Positions 34,901-37,634 of a stretch of 64,000 bases of DNA are shown here, one piece after another. Numbering within the stretch: the stretch's first letter is position 1; each line of letters starts with the position of its first letter. The stretch is from assembly GCA_049303675.1 (NCBI GenBank), contig JBAQNJ010000001.1:71494-135493 (forward strand), in the 5' to 3' direction. Made by a program: the position numbers and the translations under genes. The DNA is from Microgenomates group bacterium. Its GTDB lineage: Bacteria; Patescibacteriota; Microgenomatia; UBA12405. The notes beneath the pieces are model-generated. The model saw nothing but the letters and a program-made list of their open reading frames with translations, did no database searches and was not told the DNA's origin.

Positions 34901-37634
34901 TCTTTTCCTAGCAAATGACGATGGCGGAACAGGCAGACACAGTGGAGCTATAGTTATGGGTAAAGAATCAAATTGGGTCGCCGCCTCGGCAAATTATCCT
35001 GCCTACCTTTCTTTGTGGACACGACCTTCTGCTGGCGATGAAACAGAAAGACTCAGAATTACCAGCACAGGTAATGTCGGTATCGGAACAACGAATCCAG
35101 CTCAACCTCTCCACCTATACAAAGACAACGGCTCTACTGCTGGAATTGCCTATCCTCTTCGCATCGATAGCACCACCAGCGCCTCCGGCAATCTAAATGG
35201 TTCTGGACTTGAATTTTTCTGGGCAACCAGAAGTTCCGGTGCTATTGAAACTATGCGTACAAATCCTGCGGGCGATTATGGCACTGCACTTATCTTCAAA
35301 AACAATGCCGCCGGTTCCTCAGGTGGCACCACCGCCGGCTTATCCGAGCGTATGAGAATCGATACCGCCGGCAATGTTGGTATCGGCACCACATCACCAA
35401 TCTCCAAGTTACATGTCGAAGGTGCAGGTGAAAGCGGCAACCCCACCGTCGGCGGAGTCAAGAGTGCCACACTTAGCGTCATCTCCACCGACAACCTTGG
35501 TGGCTACGGAGGAGGCATTGAATTTGGCGGTAAAAACGGCCAGACATTCGCCGGCATCAAGTCAGCCATTAGCGATGGTACCAGTAACGGAACTGGTCAA
35601 CTATATATATCCAGTCGAGTTCTCACCAGCGACGCCTATATGACCCCAGTAGTAACGATCAGGAATAGTGGCAATGTCGGTATCGGTACAACAGAACCTG
35701 CCTACAAACTCGACGTCAACGGTTCAGTAAATTTTGGCGTTGGTACCAGCTTCTTTATCACCAACATTGGTGTCACCACAACTGGTACTTACTATCGTAT
35801 GTTAATTCAAAGTGACGGTCGCGTTGTCAAACGAGGAGCATCTGGCGCCGATATCGCCGAAAGATATCTATCTACTGATACCACTTTAAAACCAGGTGAT
35901 TTGGTAGTTATTGACAATCAAACCTCAGAAAATATCTCAAAATCAAGCCAATCTTATCAAAATTCACTCATGGGTATAATCTCCACCAATCCTTGGGACA
36001 CCATGAACGATGCCCTCATGGACAATCCAAATGCAAAATCTGTCGGTATTTTGGGTAAACTTCCCACCATTGTCACCACTTCTTTGGATAATCCCATCCA
36101 AATCACCGATCCAATTACCTCTTCCAGTATCCCCGGAACCGGTATGAAACTCACCAAAGCCGGCTATATTGTTGGACGTGCTCTCGAATCCACCCAAAAC
36201 TGGAATAGTCAAATCTGTCCTGCAGTAAATTCAATCAATGACATCGTTTGGCCCGACGATGATGGTACCAATCAAAATCATCCCTGTTTTAGTCTTCCCA
36301 ACAACACTTTTGTTGGTAAGATTTTAGTCTACGTTCAATCCAGTTGGTATGACCCCGATACCCAAATTACTGACACTGGCGATATCAATATTAATTACAA
36401 TATTTCCGATTCAGTCCTCGCCAGTTTAGGTTACAATGGTAGCAAAAATGAAATTGAAAATGCCGTCTACAGTGTCCACGATTCAAATGGCAATGTTATT
36501 ACTAAAATGGCTCAATTTGCCCAGATCTCTGTCGCCAAAGTCAAAGCCGGTCTAATTACTACCACCAATTTAATCGCCAAAAACATTGTCGCCGACTCCA
36601 CCAAATCCAAGATTGTCAAAACCGACCTCCTAACTCCTCTTGATGAAATTACTGATACTATCATTGTCGATGGCAATCTCACTGCCCAAAAAATCGGTGC
36701 TTCCGAAGCTTCTTTCTCCACTGTCTATGCTGATCAAATTATTAATCCTGAAGGCAATATTTCCGATGTTATGGCCAGCAAAATTGCTGCTCTGCGTAGC
36801 GAAATCCAAGCCACCATTGCTGGAATTGGTGCTACTACAGCCGAATCAACGCCCTCTGCTCTCGTCGCCGACATGCCCAATTGGACCTTTGATTCCGGCA
36901 CCTCCCTCACCCAAATCAACGGCTCCATGTCTCTCTCCGACAATCTAGTTATTGGTGGCCAACTCAATGTCCTCGGTAATACGCAGCTCGCCAATGCCTT
37001 TATTACCGGCACCTTCACCGCTGGTGAAATCGCCATCAAAGACAACTTTATCGAGACTACTGCTACCACTCTCTTTATCCAACCCAGTGGCATGGGTTCA
37101 GTCAATCTGATGAACAACACCCTCGTTATTGCCGAAAATGGTGAAGTTACCCTCAATGGCAATCTCAACATTTCGGGCAAATTAACTGCCTCTGAGGCCA
37201 CCGTTTCCGGTAGCCTCTTTGCCAATCTCATCAACGCTGATGAAATCAATACTAAGAAATTAACCGCCGAGAGCATCAATGTCTCTACCGACAGTGCCTC
37301 CGTCATTATTGCCGACGGCGGCTTTGCCCAATTGGCCACCTCCTCCGCCACCGTCGCCTCCAATGCCACCGCCGGCACTGCCATTCTGCCTGCCGGCAAG
37401 ACTGAACTCGTCATTCACAATTCCAAAATATCTCCCAACTCCATGGTCTACCTCACCCCAGTTGGCTCCACCAACAATCAAGTGATTTACCTCAAATCCA
37501 AGTTTATTTCACCTACCCCAACTGCAGTGGAATCTACCGATTCTGCCGCCACAATTGAGCCATCCAATTTCACCATCGCCCTCGACCAACCTCTCACCTC
37601 CGATATTAATATTAATTGGTGGATCATAAACTAA
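7857..37634 (+). CDS. Giant (9925-aa as called, about 10,080 aa if joined to 7388..7951) TM-anchored fibrous surface protein. It carries about 80 tail-fibre-like 'GNVGIGTTxPxxKLDV' modules, an embedded LamG domain, a Gly/Ala-rich beta-helix-like tandem-repeat core, and a C-terminal domain ending in WWIIN.
   Basis: An uninterrupted 29,778-nt ORF. The TM helix is 'YLLAASILILLGGLSYTLYTQVF' at about 8200-8270. Modules of roughly 110-125 aa recur in three subfamilies. Examples are 'GNVGIGTTAPSKKLDVAGDINLTGTIFSNGTSGTSGQVL.STGTGL.WVNASSVGGTYVFANGLTN.GTFVGLGGTLTQDVRLNIGNTEVLFLKNSNGYVGIG' and 'KLDVNGSVNIGGS..I.G..IG.GT..L.ID.NG...K'. A LamG_3 domain lies at about 14230-14900 ('FPFSEGVGATSYDKS..N' ... 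'WHYVAFTFNG..KDFKLYVDG' ... 'LDELRSYSRILTDSEI'). Gly/Ala-rich repeats occupy 22400-26720. Confidence 0.9.
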   Translation: MKREAKLLLLPLQAPLHQGEMPKGQRGFLNLNSQINQQRLSQYADYLKSQGLSDSSIRRKLSSLSSFQKYLVKKKLINSPVRAGFIPAPSGQPQGLPLQPLKSNKSFLQNHFFTKYLLAASILILLGGLSYTLYTQVFNRASKNLAYSSASSPITPNRILSFQGRLTDSSGNPISSSTATVFKLFNSGTGGTELYTSGAGNSQVVVPDENGIFSVVIGRSHGLGIPASVFSENADVYLEITAGGETMNPRQQIATVGYALNSETLQGLPPSASGMSNTVLVIDGSGNLNLGETSPSIISTSGTFGLEGQAMLIKASDGSGGDITINPDAAGKLKLITEGAGTTAAGGFIEATNANLASGNLFSGLIRNDNPNYNFLDFSNYNIGTTAIASRFSVTANGTVNVGTGITTPKITISVGASSSYILQSDAFGNASWVNPGSAGIGTSYDAGAGLTKTGSVFSLNVGYTNTWTALQNFTNINVGGTAILNNLFATGNVGIGTTAPTYKLELVGGASIFRIGDTNGNTLVDISETSAQFNLPTTFTSTGDVNMANDLNFTNATASTIHSAAPLYLEAGESFNSSDLTFKTFNSGNLVFDTAGFTSLQAQNWTLATGTTNSLNISNGLISVDTLNSRVGIGTTAPGYTLSVGGTTYTNNLFTSGNVGIGTTGPSDKLHIVDATAPNIRFQIQGNAGYSQIKGGNDLSFYTYNAGIFERFRIANDGNVGIGTTSPATLLELSHATTPILRVGRNDTLVATGESLGSLEFYTNDTGHEGVVGKIESIAVGTNAQAHLGFFTGGIGEVGNQAFFEKMRLTYDGSLGIGTTAPSKKLDVAGDINLTGTIFSNGTSGTSGQVLTSTGTGLNWVNASSVGGTYVFANGLTNTGTFVGLGGTLTQDVRLNIGNTEVLFLKNSNGYIGVGTTNPTSAFQVYSLGINNSSQIVPGAAAGNVDVSGGLWRVANLATGNHNETLSFQSGRQYTTASGTNNAITINPSVVPTSGTLAVSIFNLAPTINQTGGSNGITRGIYVNPTLTSAADFRAIEIANNAGYGIYQSGASASNYFNGNVGIGTTAPTGALNINSNSFTPVRWGSLSADYGYLTFSSNLARVGSLVGSDLSLEANAQPVIRLTTTGNVGIGNTNPSAKLEISTNGSNTPGTNQHLVFSTTPGIPLFGFRMDASNDHLIIDKSWSSWGTPALAINRNTGNLGIGTTAPSKKLDVAGDINLTGTIFSNGTSGTSGQVLTSTGTALQWVNASSVGGTFVFANGLTNNGTFVGLGGTLTTDTRLNIGNTEVLFFKNSNGYVGIGTTSPSKKLDVAGDINLTGTIFTTGTSGTSGQVLSSTGTGLQWVNASGLGQTYSPTNGLSEISTNVFGLGGTLTQNTQIGTSSFSLSLGINTTTPTLYLSSSGNIGLGTTGPGGIIPNGFTSTNSSILEIKSKANNSDVGIFLRDPNSSSYVGMDIWASNNNGRNYIDNRYNDPGALTIFRMRTTGTPVNAMSISGSGNVGIGTTAPSKKLDVAGDINLTGTIFSNGTSGTSGQILSSTGTGLSWINASSVGGTYVFANGLTNNGTFVGLGGTLTQDVRLNIGNTEVLFFKNSNGYVGIGTSNPTDNLTIVPGAAKGITIRESDNGNTALTLYAGSQSGVFEGLSNGVKTFSLNSYSGSNSFINVLNFGIGITDPLYKLHVNGDALISTRLGIGATNPLYTLNAGGTASFTNLFASGNVGIGTTNPGARLQVVGGGVNSLPATSGSTQGTGLVARFGGNASLIDAVVDIGWGASGATWGSWIQATNKASLNVNYDLLLNPNGGNVGIGTTNPTSKLFVLDNTDAVAATIQNAFYEQLNLKGTDPTRSGGLRIENAGGKLAFLNLSGGSATVPTNTLMLTNYDAGGGIMFGTGYFNPLMTILNGGNVGIGTSAPAYTLDVGGSGNINLTGTIFSNGTSGTSGQVLSSTGTGLQWVSATGLGQTYSADNGLHMTGNVVGLGGTLTENTRINIGNTEILYLSTNGNVGIGTTSPTGKLEINSQGSGAANTLVLNSNGTPEPSLHFRYPSYPSSSFRMVAGSYRLQFQYNTGTDATPVWAQGFNMAKTGGIAIGSGYASYDPGNGNMIISGNVGIGTTAPSAKLDVNGNVRLVGNLASDAFYNSTDDGLISYFPFSEGVGATSYDKSRSGLNAQFVNSPSWSNGNFGNAIVLSSGTSQYATVASATSNTNLTFTGWVNTTDSSIMNIVSGNGVYGYISLNAGQFRVYDGTAWRSSSTFVNDGNWHYVAFTFNGTTKDFKLYVDGKLENSTTGTSTYSNGQLTHIGVFVTPTQRFFNGSLDELRSYSRILTDSEIRNQYNQGLGASSPYTASNGNFSIGTTVSTYKLNVAGDINLTGTIFSNGTSGTSGQILTSTGTGLNWVNASSVGGTYVFANGLTNNGTFVGLGGTLTQDVRLNIGNTEVLFLKNSNGYVGIGTTNPGAKLDVQGGNIYLNSSYSLIFKDTSNFNYGGITSDLGTGALLLKGGNSLTTGIAIDNSGNVGVGYINPGTAKLAINGNVGIGTTAPGKKLEVYSNSDYQLLLSGWNPTQGAGAGNGALLLGNVTAYQGRIHYDGVNTGYLYIDNSWNNDNGDIRFRTKTASTAIEALTIKGSGNVGIGTTSPIGKFDVRQTDGLTFGTIANFLNPANGSQATMVLGSGASGTGSSGQSTFYLADRGTNKWGMQLEYTTGDFKIIDADSSTNPFTIKNGAPSNTLFLGSTGNLGIGTTNPGYKLDVAGSIHVTSTSGIYGGNGNSHLYLSDSQTAIGFNNQSSEIQFTSNNMSFYTNSALAMQINSSGNLGIGTTSPTQKLDVNGSVNIGGSMTIGGLGIDVGTTALFIDSNGLITKRGLGSGAFSDGIGTTYSFTNGLTNTSNTISLGGTLTQDVRLNIGNTEVLFLKNSNGYVGIGTTNPSLKLTIGRQAAMESSYKSYSTSDQSGLEYYLINSSPYQRTLDIVANGGPVGGGDGGSEIRFLTNPGTSNTAVERLKISRDGNVGIGNTAPTYGFQVGASDLFVDTVNHVASIGIAPSSSYRLRLVSGILRFDGSGEIQMSGGGNWTGSGTLTMKPSSGDVILNPTLGNIGIGGSSPVAKLSVVGAGSSNIAVFEGSGNVGIGTTAPSKKLDIAGDINLTGTIFSNGTSGTSGQVLSSTGTGLQWVSATGLGQTYSADNGLHMTGNVVGLGGTITSNTNLTIGNTSILYIDGTSGYIGVGTVTPSQLIHIKGTGIATYNNFSIGGTINGTTLFTGDSANSQTGFIGRGGGSVGLTIPTLGTYGSVGLVGAAGGNTGGRAHVGVYGFSTINQQLGGNSANNSSGGYFLSTIGSTVVDFNGSLFGVRAKADTSAGTSTGGGVYGVYSQGVGQANNTVYGGYFSATGGTDNFAIYTDTAKSYFGGNVGIGTTAPTGALNINSNSFTPVRWGSLSADYGYLTFSSNLARVGSLVGSDLSLEANAQPVIRLTTTGNVGIGTTAPTQKLDINGSVNIGGSMTIGGLGIDVGTTALFIDANGLITKRALGSGAFSDGVGTTYSFTNGLTNTSNTISLGGTLTQDVRLNIGNTEVLFLKNSNGNVGIGTTNPNSTLDIFNANSSATLTNFTQAIDKSILNLVTTYSNMTYTGGIFWSTSNQQPTKPKAGIWTLNDGVNGTSLYLGTSNSYAAGITNQALTINPSGNVGIGTTNPSQKLHIYSGSSGLTPIGGPLVLESNTHQYMSIIGPANTQQAIIFGGGGNNDARISWEDGTRGDYLALGSSTQLILKSDSNVGIGTTAPSQKLDVNGSVNIGGSMTLTGSAIGTGTTALFVDSNGLITKRGLGSGAFSDGIGTTYSFTNGLTNTSNTISLGGALTTDTRLNIGNTEVLFLKNSNGFVGIGTTNPTAKLDIVQTPAIDGSEFLRLSGDRIWTFRQSKTGSSSQLELADLSGTKNFIISTLGNVGIGTTNPQMKLDVTSSTDATVGINAGNDAYLYLDRGSAASYQTATFLRDAGAGKWMYGQRTLGSNLFSFYSYGTSSDVVAIDYSTGNLGIGTTNPTQKLEVNGSVNIGGSMTLTGSAIGTGTTALFVDSNGLITKRGLGSGAFSDGVGTTYSFTNGLTNSSNTISLGGTLTQDVRLNIGNTEVLFLKNSNGFVGIGTTSPGSKLDVRLSGATTGSVMYFGNITDGVYGGLGFSSTGTSRMYLGYGGNEQISLTSSNVGIGTTNPGAKLDIEMGTDRSDTPGSSLALRISAGSATQAFGLRVNQSGNQNLNLDRYYGGAWSSALTIERSNGNVGIGTTNPASKLTILGGDIALREDDDGNDAVSIQSSTVSGWMYLKSGGANTVLLAGAADSYINGGNLGIGTTAPTQKLDVNGSVNIGGSLSIGSTFLVTNLNADYLDGLHSSSFLQVGGTGFFSVARNGLQSIGNTGIGLGGTLTQDTFINTSSYSLSFLGLGDSQSLFIGTSGYVGIGTTNPEQKLSVVGNAFIYDNNYLGAELVDSWTNHASFNYETFTSSGSDITSAINTSGNGIAYKIITIGQGRRYQATFNLTLNSGAYPSFRSATAPGSGAQITTTTVGGLNTIEWTSIRSGSEYITFSAGSSSDFSVSGFSLKEVVGGDINVAGLYTGGGTSGLKILANGNVGIGNTLPTKSLDITGDINLTGTIFTTGTSGSSGQVLTSTGTGLSWLTVAGLGQTYSANNGLSIVGNVIGLGGTLTQNTKIGTSDFSLTFLGLGNTVGFSQANNGFVGIGTSDPTNWLTIASNDTISSQISLRSTRAAIVAGNIIGGIDFNSNDTQFAVGGTKVASIQAIASSTHSTASFNTDLTFNVISGTTPDEAMRISANGNIGIGITSPTAALHIVGQNAIDTALVAGTTAPYAVNFVGGIGASNTRTTNANGGIGGGLLFTGGVGGIAGVATTASIGGGGGPITLVTGNGGFASVPGTGTNAGGPGGVFSITTGIGGSADGATTGTNTGGNGGAITLTTGAGGIGGTNSGTGNVTGGNGGAYTLTLGNGAATASIGVTSLSRLIGGAGGALTFTLASGGAVSGIGNSTNVAGAAGAFTITGGAGGAASVGGTGSNTAGSGSAFSWIAGVGGSAFGATSGINQAGVGGAITLTAGLGGFASGLDNVGSTMVSNRASGAGGAITITTGAGQIGFTGSNSGALTLATGAAGVGITGANSILGGSSGALNINVAAGGAANGVGSSLSGRIIGGAAGLLTMNLGAGGAATGIGNSTNTGGNAAGFTITGGAGGAVSVGGTGNNNGGIGSAFSWTSGAGGAASGLTSGINTAGAGGAIAITSGAGGIGSGNGNVGQTMTSGRFSGAGGAISITTGAGQIGFTGSNSGTITIATGAAGVGITGANSIVGGSSGLLFIGASAGGAATGVGSSISGRIIGGASGGVTIDPGLGGAATGIGDSSNTGGNAGVITITARAGGASSVGGTGTNNGGIGSAFLWTAGTGGAANGNTTGFNTGGAGGAIALTSGAGGVGGTNAVGATAAVTGGAGGSYTLTVGAGGAVASVGVTSLGRLIGGAGGGMTFTLSNGGAVSGIGNSTNTGGAAGGFTISGGAGGAASVGGTGSNTAGAGSAFSWTAGTGGAASGATSGINQAGAGGAIVITGGLGGAASGLDNIGSTMVSGRVSGVGGAISITTGAGQVGFTGSNSGALTLATGAAGVGITGANSILGGSSGALNINVAAGGAANSVGVTLSGRVIGGAAGLLSMNLGAGGAATGIGNSSNIGGNAANFTITGNAGGASSVGGTGTNTGGVGSVFSWTAGNGGAANGNTTGFNTGGNGGGITLTSGSGGIGGTNTVGATATVTGGTGGAYVLTLGNGGAVASVGVTSLGRLIGGGSGSLNLNLGAGGAVSGIGNSTNTAGTAGTFNIVGGAGGAASVGGTGSNTAGSGSAFQWVAGTGGSASGATSGINTAGAGGAITITGGLGGAATGLDNLGTTMVSNRFAGNGGAITITSGAGQVGFTGSNGGLFTIATGAAGVGITGANSITGGAGGTFNFTTAAGGAANSVGVTLSGRVIGGAGGVNLFTLGAGGAATGIGNSSNIGGNAGSLTFTGGVGGASSVGGTGTNTGGIGSVFSWTAGNGGAANGVTTGFNTGGAGGGIALTTGTGGIGGTVVAGSLATSTGGAGGAYTITTGAGGAVASVGVTSLGRIIGGNSSALTFTMGNGGAVSGIGSSTNTSGSAGNFVITGGAGGANSVGGTGNNTSGTGSAFTWTAGNGGAITGATTGSNIAGAGGAITIKAGTGGAASAGTTNVGGAGGFLYLSAGLGGVGTGGTSGTGGSIIFQTGSATTYSDRMAITANGNVGIGTTGPETKLQVSNGEILIAGSSGIGTQNGAIAFGSLSGGTALNYQSRIESYVPAGSAGVDYTDLRFITSYGAKYERMRISAFGYLGIGTTTPTKKLDVAGDINLTGTIFTTGTSGTSGQILSSTGTGLSWINASGVGTTKTYYAGSGLSLDIGNTFTLNLGSSNTWTALQTFSGNFAVGSSALVSNLNSQYLNFHDETYFLNIGNSGDFIRNQFAADQTANLRISGSAMFGGNVGIGTTNALYKLNVGGTANFTNLFASGNVGIGTTDPTEKLTVNGRIKSDTTTGFIINRPAVTDRNITIYTTGGSTDWVVGSVESDQFPSSDGTEFMIGTNVNNSKLWINSSGSVGIGTTSPLYKLDVNGVANVTQLGIGGTSTAKFNVVGNGNITTSLTVGTSLSVTGNVSIGGSLTAASLPVGVGTSILYISSTGVVTKGLSIGTTYAADNGLHMTGNIIGLGGTLNANTSIGTSSFSLNIGQGNTQALFISSSGNVGIGTTAPSGKFTVVGNQGDSRSVSIDNREIKFRGDTVAHMSILGPDTGKSFITFQNTSNGPSLGTTGPDLLTILSTGNVGIGTTNPTAKLDIASGNLGLIIGADVNADTRTTNTRKFARVGIPHYDLSQEEAIAFSMDSNLALTAINFGGGAATYNSATELNFFTGATTTTLAGTNRMKIDSTGNVGIGTTAPTQKLDVNGSVNIGGSLSIGSTYLVTNLNSDYLDGQHSSYFVNIGQTGSFITTLNEGIGISITGSGIGRTIALANTTVTAGSYGSGSSIPTFTVDAQGRLTAAGSVANIGTTYSADNGLHMTGNVIGLGGSLTEATRLNIGNTEVLYLSASGNVGIGTTNPLTTLQSNGSFSVTGGSAFAAGVEGLLAKYSSSTSYIQSQLTGTGMRNLEIHASSMVFKTGVGSTASTKMIIDSSGNVGIGTTSPTQKLDVNGSVNIGGSLSITGSAVGVGTSILYIDANGVVTKGLSIGTTYAADNGLHMTGNIIGLGGTLIENTTIGTSSFGLGIGTAGNALYNLSVGGTASFTNLFASGNVGIGATNPGQKLYVSGNTIITGNIGVGTVTNATSKLHIEAANAATLYGGNPVGNQGISVINSNDSLGTPYGIEFGGYHGYTNSGIYGVMDSSAGATTGDIAFALRKLTSDTNFTEAMRVTHEGNVGIGTTGPSELLDINGNLITDGILKFNESGRNSNFEGQIYYTSGADWFFGNRYNLDTANIYFQTKTSGTPVNALSILGSGNVGIGTSTPSQLLDVNGSVNIGGSLSITGSAVGVGTSILYIDANGVVTKGLSIGTTYAADNGLHITGNTIGLGGTLIENTQIGTSSFHLDFIGLGGTQSLHIDESGNIGLGGTGTAGTKFEITDPNQTSFNGLRITNNNPTSAGGNSANLVFRVNNNNGVGGYYGELTSVSAITDNIGGGARGTAMAFSVSVPQSNPSTLYEVFRVSSQGKFGIGTTSPQYALHVGGTGDALISTRLGIGSTNVLYALNVGNTANFANLFTTSSVNIGGSLTAASLPAGIGTSILYIDANGVVTKGLNVGTTYSADNGLHMTGNTIGLGGTLIENTTIGTSSFGLGIGVTGNALYNLSVGATTSLVNLFASGNVGIGTTNPGVKLDVSGALTSANYPQNLILRDTAGFAQNVGGGIGFFGKYNTAGDYAGYAAVQGVKENATDGNYAGALRLMTRVNLGGSYTERVRISSTGNVGIGTSSPTQLLDINGSVNIGGSLSITGSAVGIGTSILYIDANGVVTKGLNVGTTYSADNGLHMTGNVIGLGGSLTEATRLNIGNTEVLYISSNGNVGIGTTNPLTTLQSNGTFSVTGGSAFASGVEGLLAKYSGSTSYLQSQLTGTGMRNLEIHASSMIFRTGVGATTSTRMTINSSGYVGIGTTAPSQFLDVNGSVNIGGSLSIGSTFLVTNLNADMIDGLHSSSLGWVANVGTSNLTLNTGSSLSFVGVGISVTMVGNTMTFTSTSIGTTYSADNGLHMTGNIVGLGGTLTELTKIDQNGNNLGFFGTGNIGIGTTSPIAGSKLDVRGRITTATNDYIAGSTGSQLFAEMGATNGDTYGKLQAYITGATAYGNIAINPLGGKVGIGTTSPTQKLDVNGSVNIGGSLSITGSGVGVGTSVMYIDNNGLLTKGILSATNGLNFTSGAFGLGGTLTQNTRLTVGDTTVMFMNSTSGYVGIGTTSPQANLEIPGTFMVSYPPVPNAYNLKIESFYTGIASAVSYRFITKSTVGGTNTSLTLGYQGNIGVGYTMPVARLHVVGTGSSNIAIFDGSGNVGIGTTNPTYKLDVVGDINLTSTIFANGTSGAPGQVLSSTGVGLSWINVSSGTTYAFTNGLTNTSNTISLGGTLTSNTKFSVGNTAALFVNSTNGYVGIGSSDPISALTVNGTISANKFASITDFSRYFIDPANTSDVNGSIALHANGSLLFNVETVGNTQVAVVGTTSTRLKSYSNGFGIDTNIGTLGVGATINWSTALFVGSSGYIGIGTTNPTAQLEIAGSSSTISNSSGDITINSASNLISFSGDNIGNILNGYFSGSVGVGTSSPTASLHVVGAGSSAIAVFEGSGNVGIGTANPTAKLVISGTNGTLRFNPSQGTSGEIPSGTLLSSDSDNLTLVPAENTGTTGKKLSLEYFNQTGWYSGLELANVASGYGNLVLMKTGGNVGIGITDPTSKLHISIGTTASPITGGGDGINITNTDTTANSKSRILFLANDDGGTGRHSGAIVMGKESNWVAASANYPAYLSLWTRPSAGDETERLRITSTGNVGIGTTNPAQPLHLYKDNGSTAGIAYPLRIDSTTSASGNLNGSGLEFFWATRSSGAIETMRTNPAGDYGTALIFKNNAAGSSGGTTAGLSERMRIDTAGNVGIGTTSPISKLHVEGAGESGNPTVGGVKSATLSVISTDNLGGYGGGIEFGGKNGQTFAGIKSAISDGTSNGTGQLYISSRVLTSDAYMTPVVTIRNSGNVGIGTTEPAYKLDVNGSVNFGVGTSFFITNIGVTTTGTYYRMLIQSDGRVVKRGASGADIAERYLSTDTTLKPGDLVVIDNQTSENISKSSQSYQNSLMGIISTNPWDTMNDALMDNPNAKSVGILGKLPTIVTTSLDNPIQITDPITSSSIPGTGMKLTKAGYIVGRALESTQNWNSQICPAVNSINDIVWPDDDGTNQNHPCFSLPNNTFVGKILVYVQSSWYDPDTQITDTGDININYNISDSVLASLGYNGSKNEIENAVYSVHDSNGNVITKMAQFAQISVAKVKAGLITTTNLIAKNIVADSTKSKIVKTDLLTPLDEITDTIIVDGNLTAQKIGASEASFSTVYADQIINPEGNISDVMASKIAALRSEIQATIAGIGATTAESTPSALVADMPNWTFDSGTSLTQINGSMSLSDNLVIGGQLNVLGNTQLANAFITGTFTAGEIAIKDNFIETTATTLFIQPSGMGSVNLMNNTLVIAENGEVTLNGNLNISGKLTASEATVSGSLFANLINADEINTKKLTAESINVSTDSASVIIADGGFAQLATSSATVASNATAGTAILPAGKTELVIHNSKISPNSMVYLTPVGSTNNQVIYLKSKFISPTPTAVESTDSAATIEPSNFTIALDQPLTSDININWWIIN
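9300..22390 (+). repeat. First array of tail-fibre-like 'GNVGIGTT(A/N/S)P..KLDV' modules within the giant CDS. Several are near-identical at the DNA level, for example 11041-11260 against 18094-18310 at about 97% identity.
   Basis: The motif recurs about 45 times. Stretches of more than 200 nt are near-identical between distant copies. Confidence 0.85.
22400..26720 (+). repeat. Gly/Ala/Thr/Ser-rich coding tandem repeats inside the giant CDS, about 9 units with a period of roughly 480 nt and two alternating subtypes. The region is locally GC-richer.
   Basis: The unit 'GVTSL(S/G)R(L/I)IGG.GG.(L/M)TFTL..GGAVSGIGNSTN..G.AG.FTI.GGAGGA.SVGGTG.N..G.GSAF.W.AG.GG.A.G.TSGIN.AG.GGAI.(L/I)T.G.GG' recurs at about 22862, 24373, 25330 and 26285. 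An alternating 'G(V/S)(T/S)LSGR(V/I)IGGA.G.L.MNLGAGGAATGIGNS.N.GGNA' unit recurs at about 23420, 23960, 24920 and 25880. Confidence 0.85.
26720..35700 (+). repeat. Second array of 'GNVGIGTT.P..KLDV' modules within the giant CDS. It includes a segmental duplication, with about 29150-29500 matching 32030-32380 at about 90% nucleotide identity.
   Basis: The 'SVNIGGSLSITGSAVGVGTSILYIDANGVVTKGL(S/N)(I/V)GTTY(A/S)ADNGLHMTGN.IGLGG(T/S)L.E' units recur at about 27960, 29560, 30530, 31290, 31900 and 33060. Confidence 0.8.

Noticed and set aside
8003-37481. Dozens of 60-315-aa ORFs on the minus strand and in alternate plus frames inside the giant gene, for example 23810..24757, 24767..25453, 22373..22810, 36734..37414 and 11387..11830.
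   Set aside because: They are antisense or off-frame shadows of a highly repetitive, codon-biased CDS. Mirrored Gly/Ala codons yield Pro/Ala-rich pseudo-ORFs. They have no independent start or RBS logic, and they tile exactly with the repeat period.
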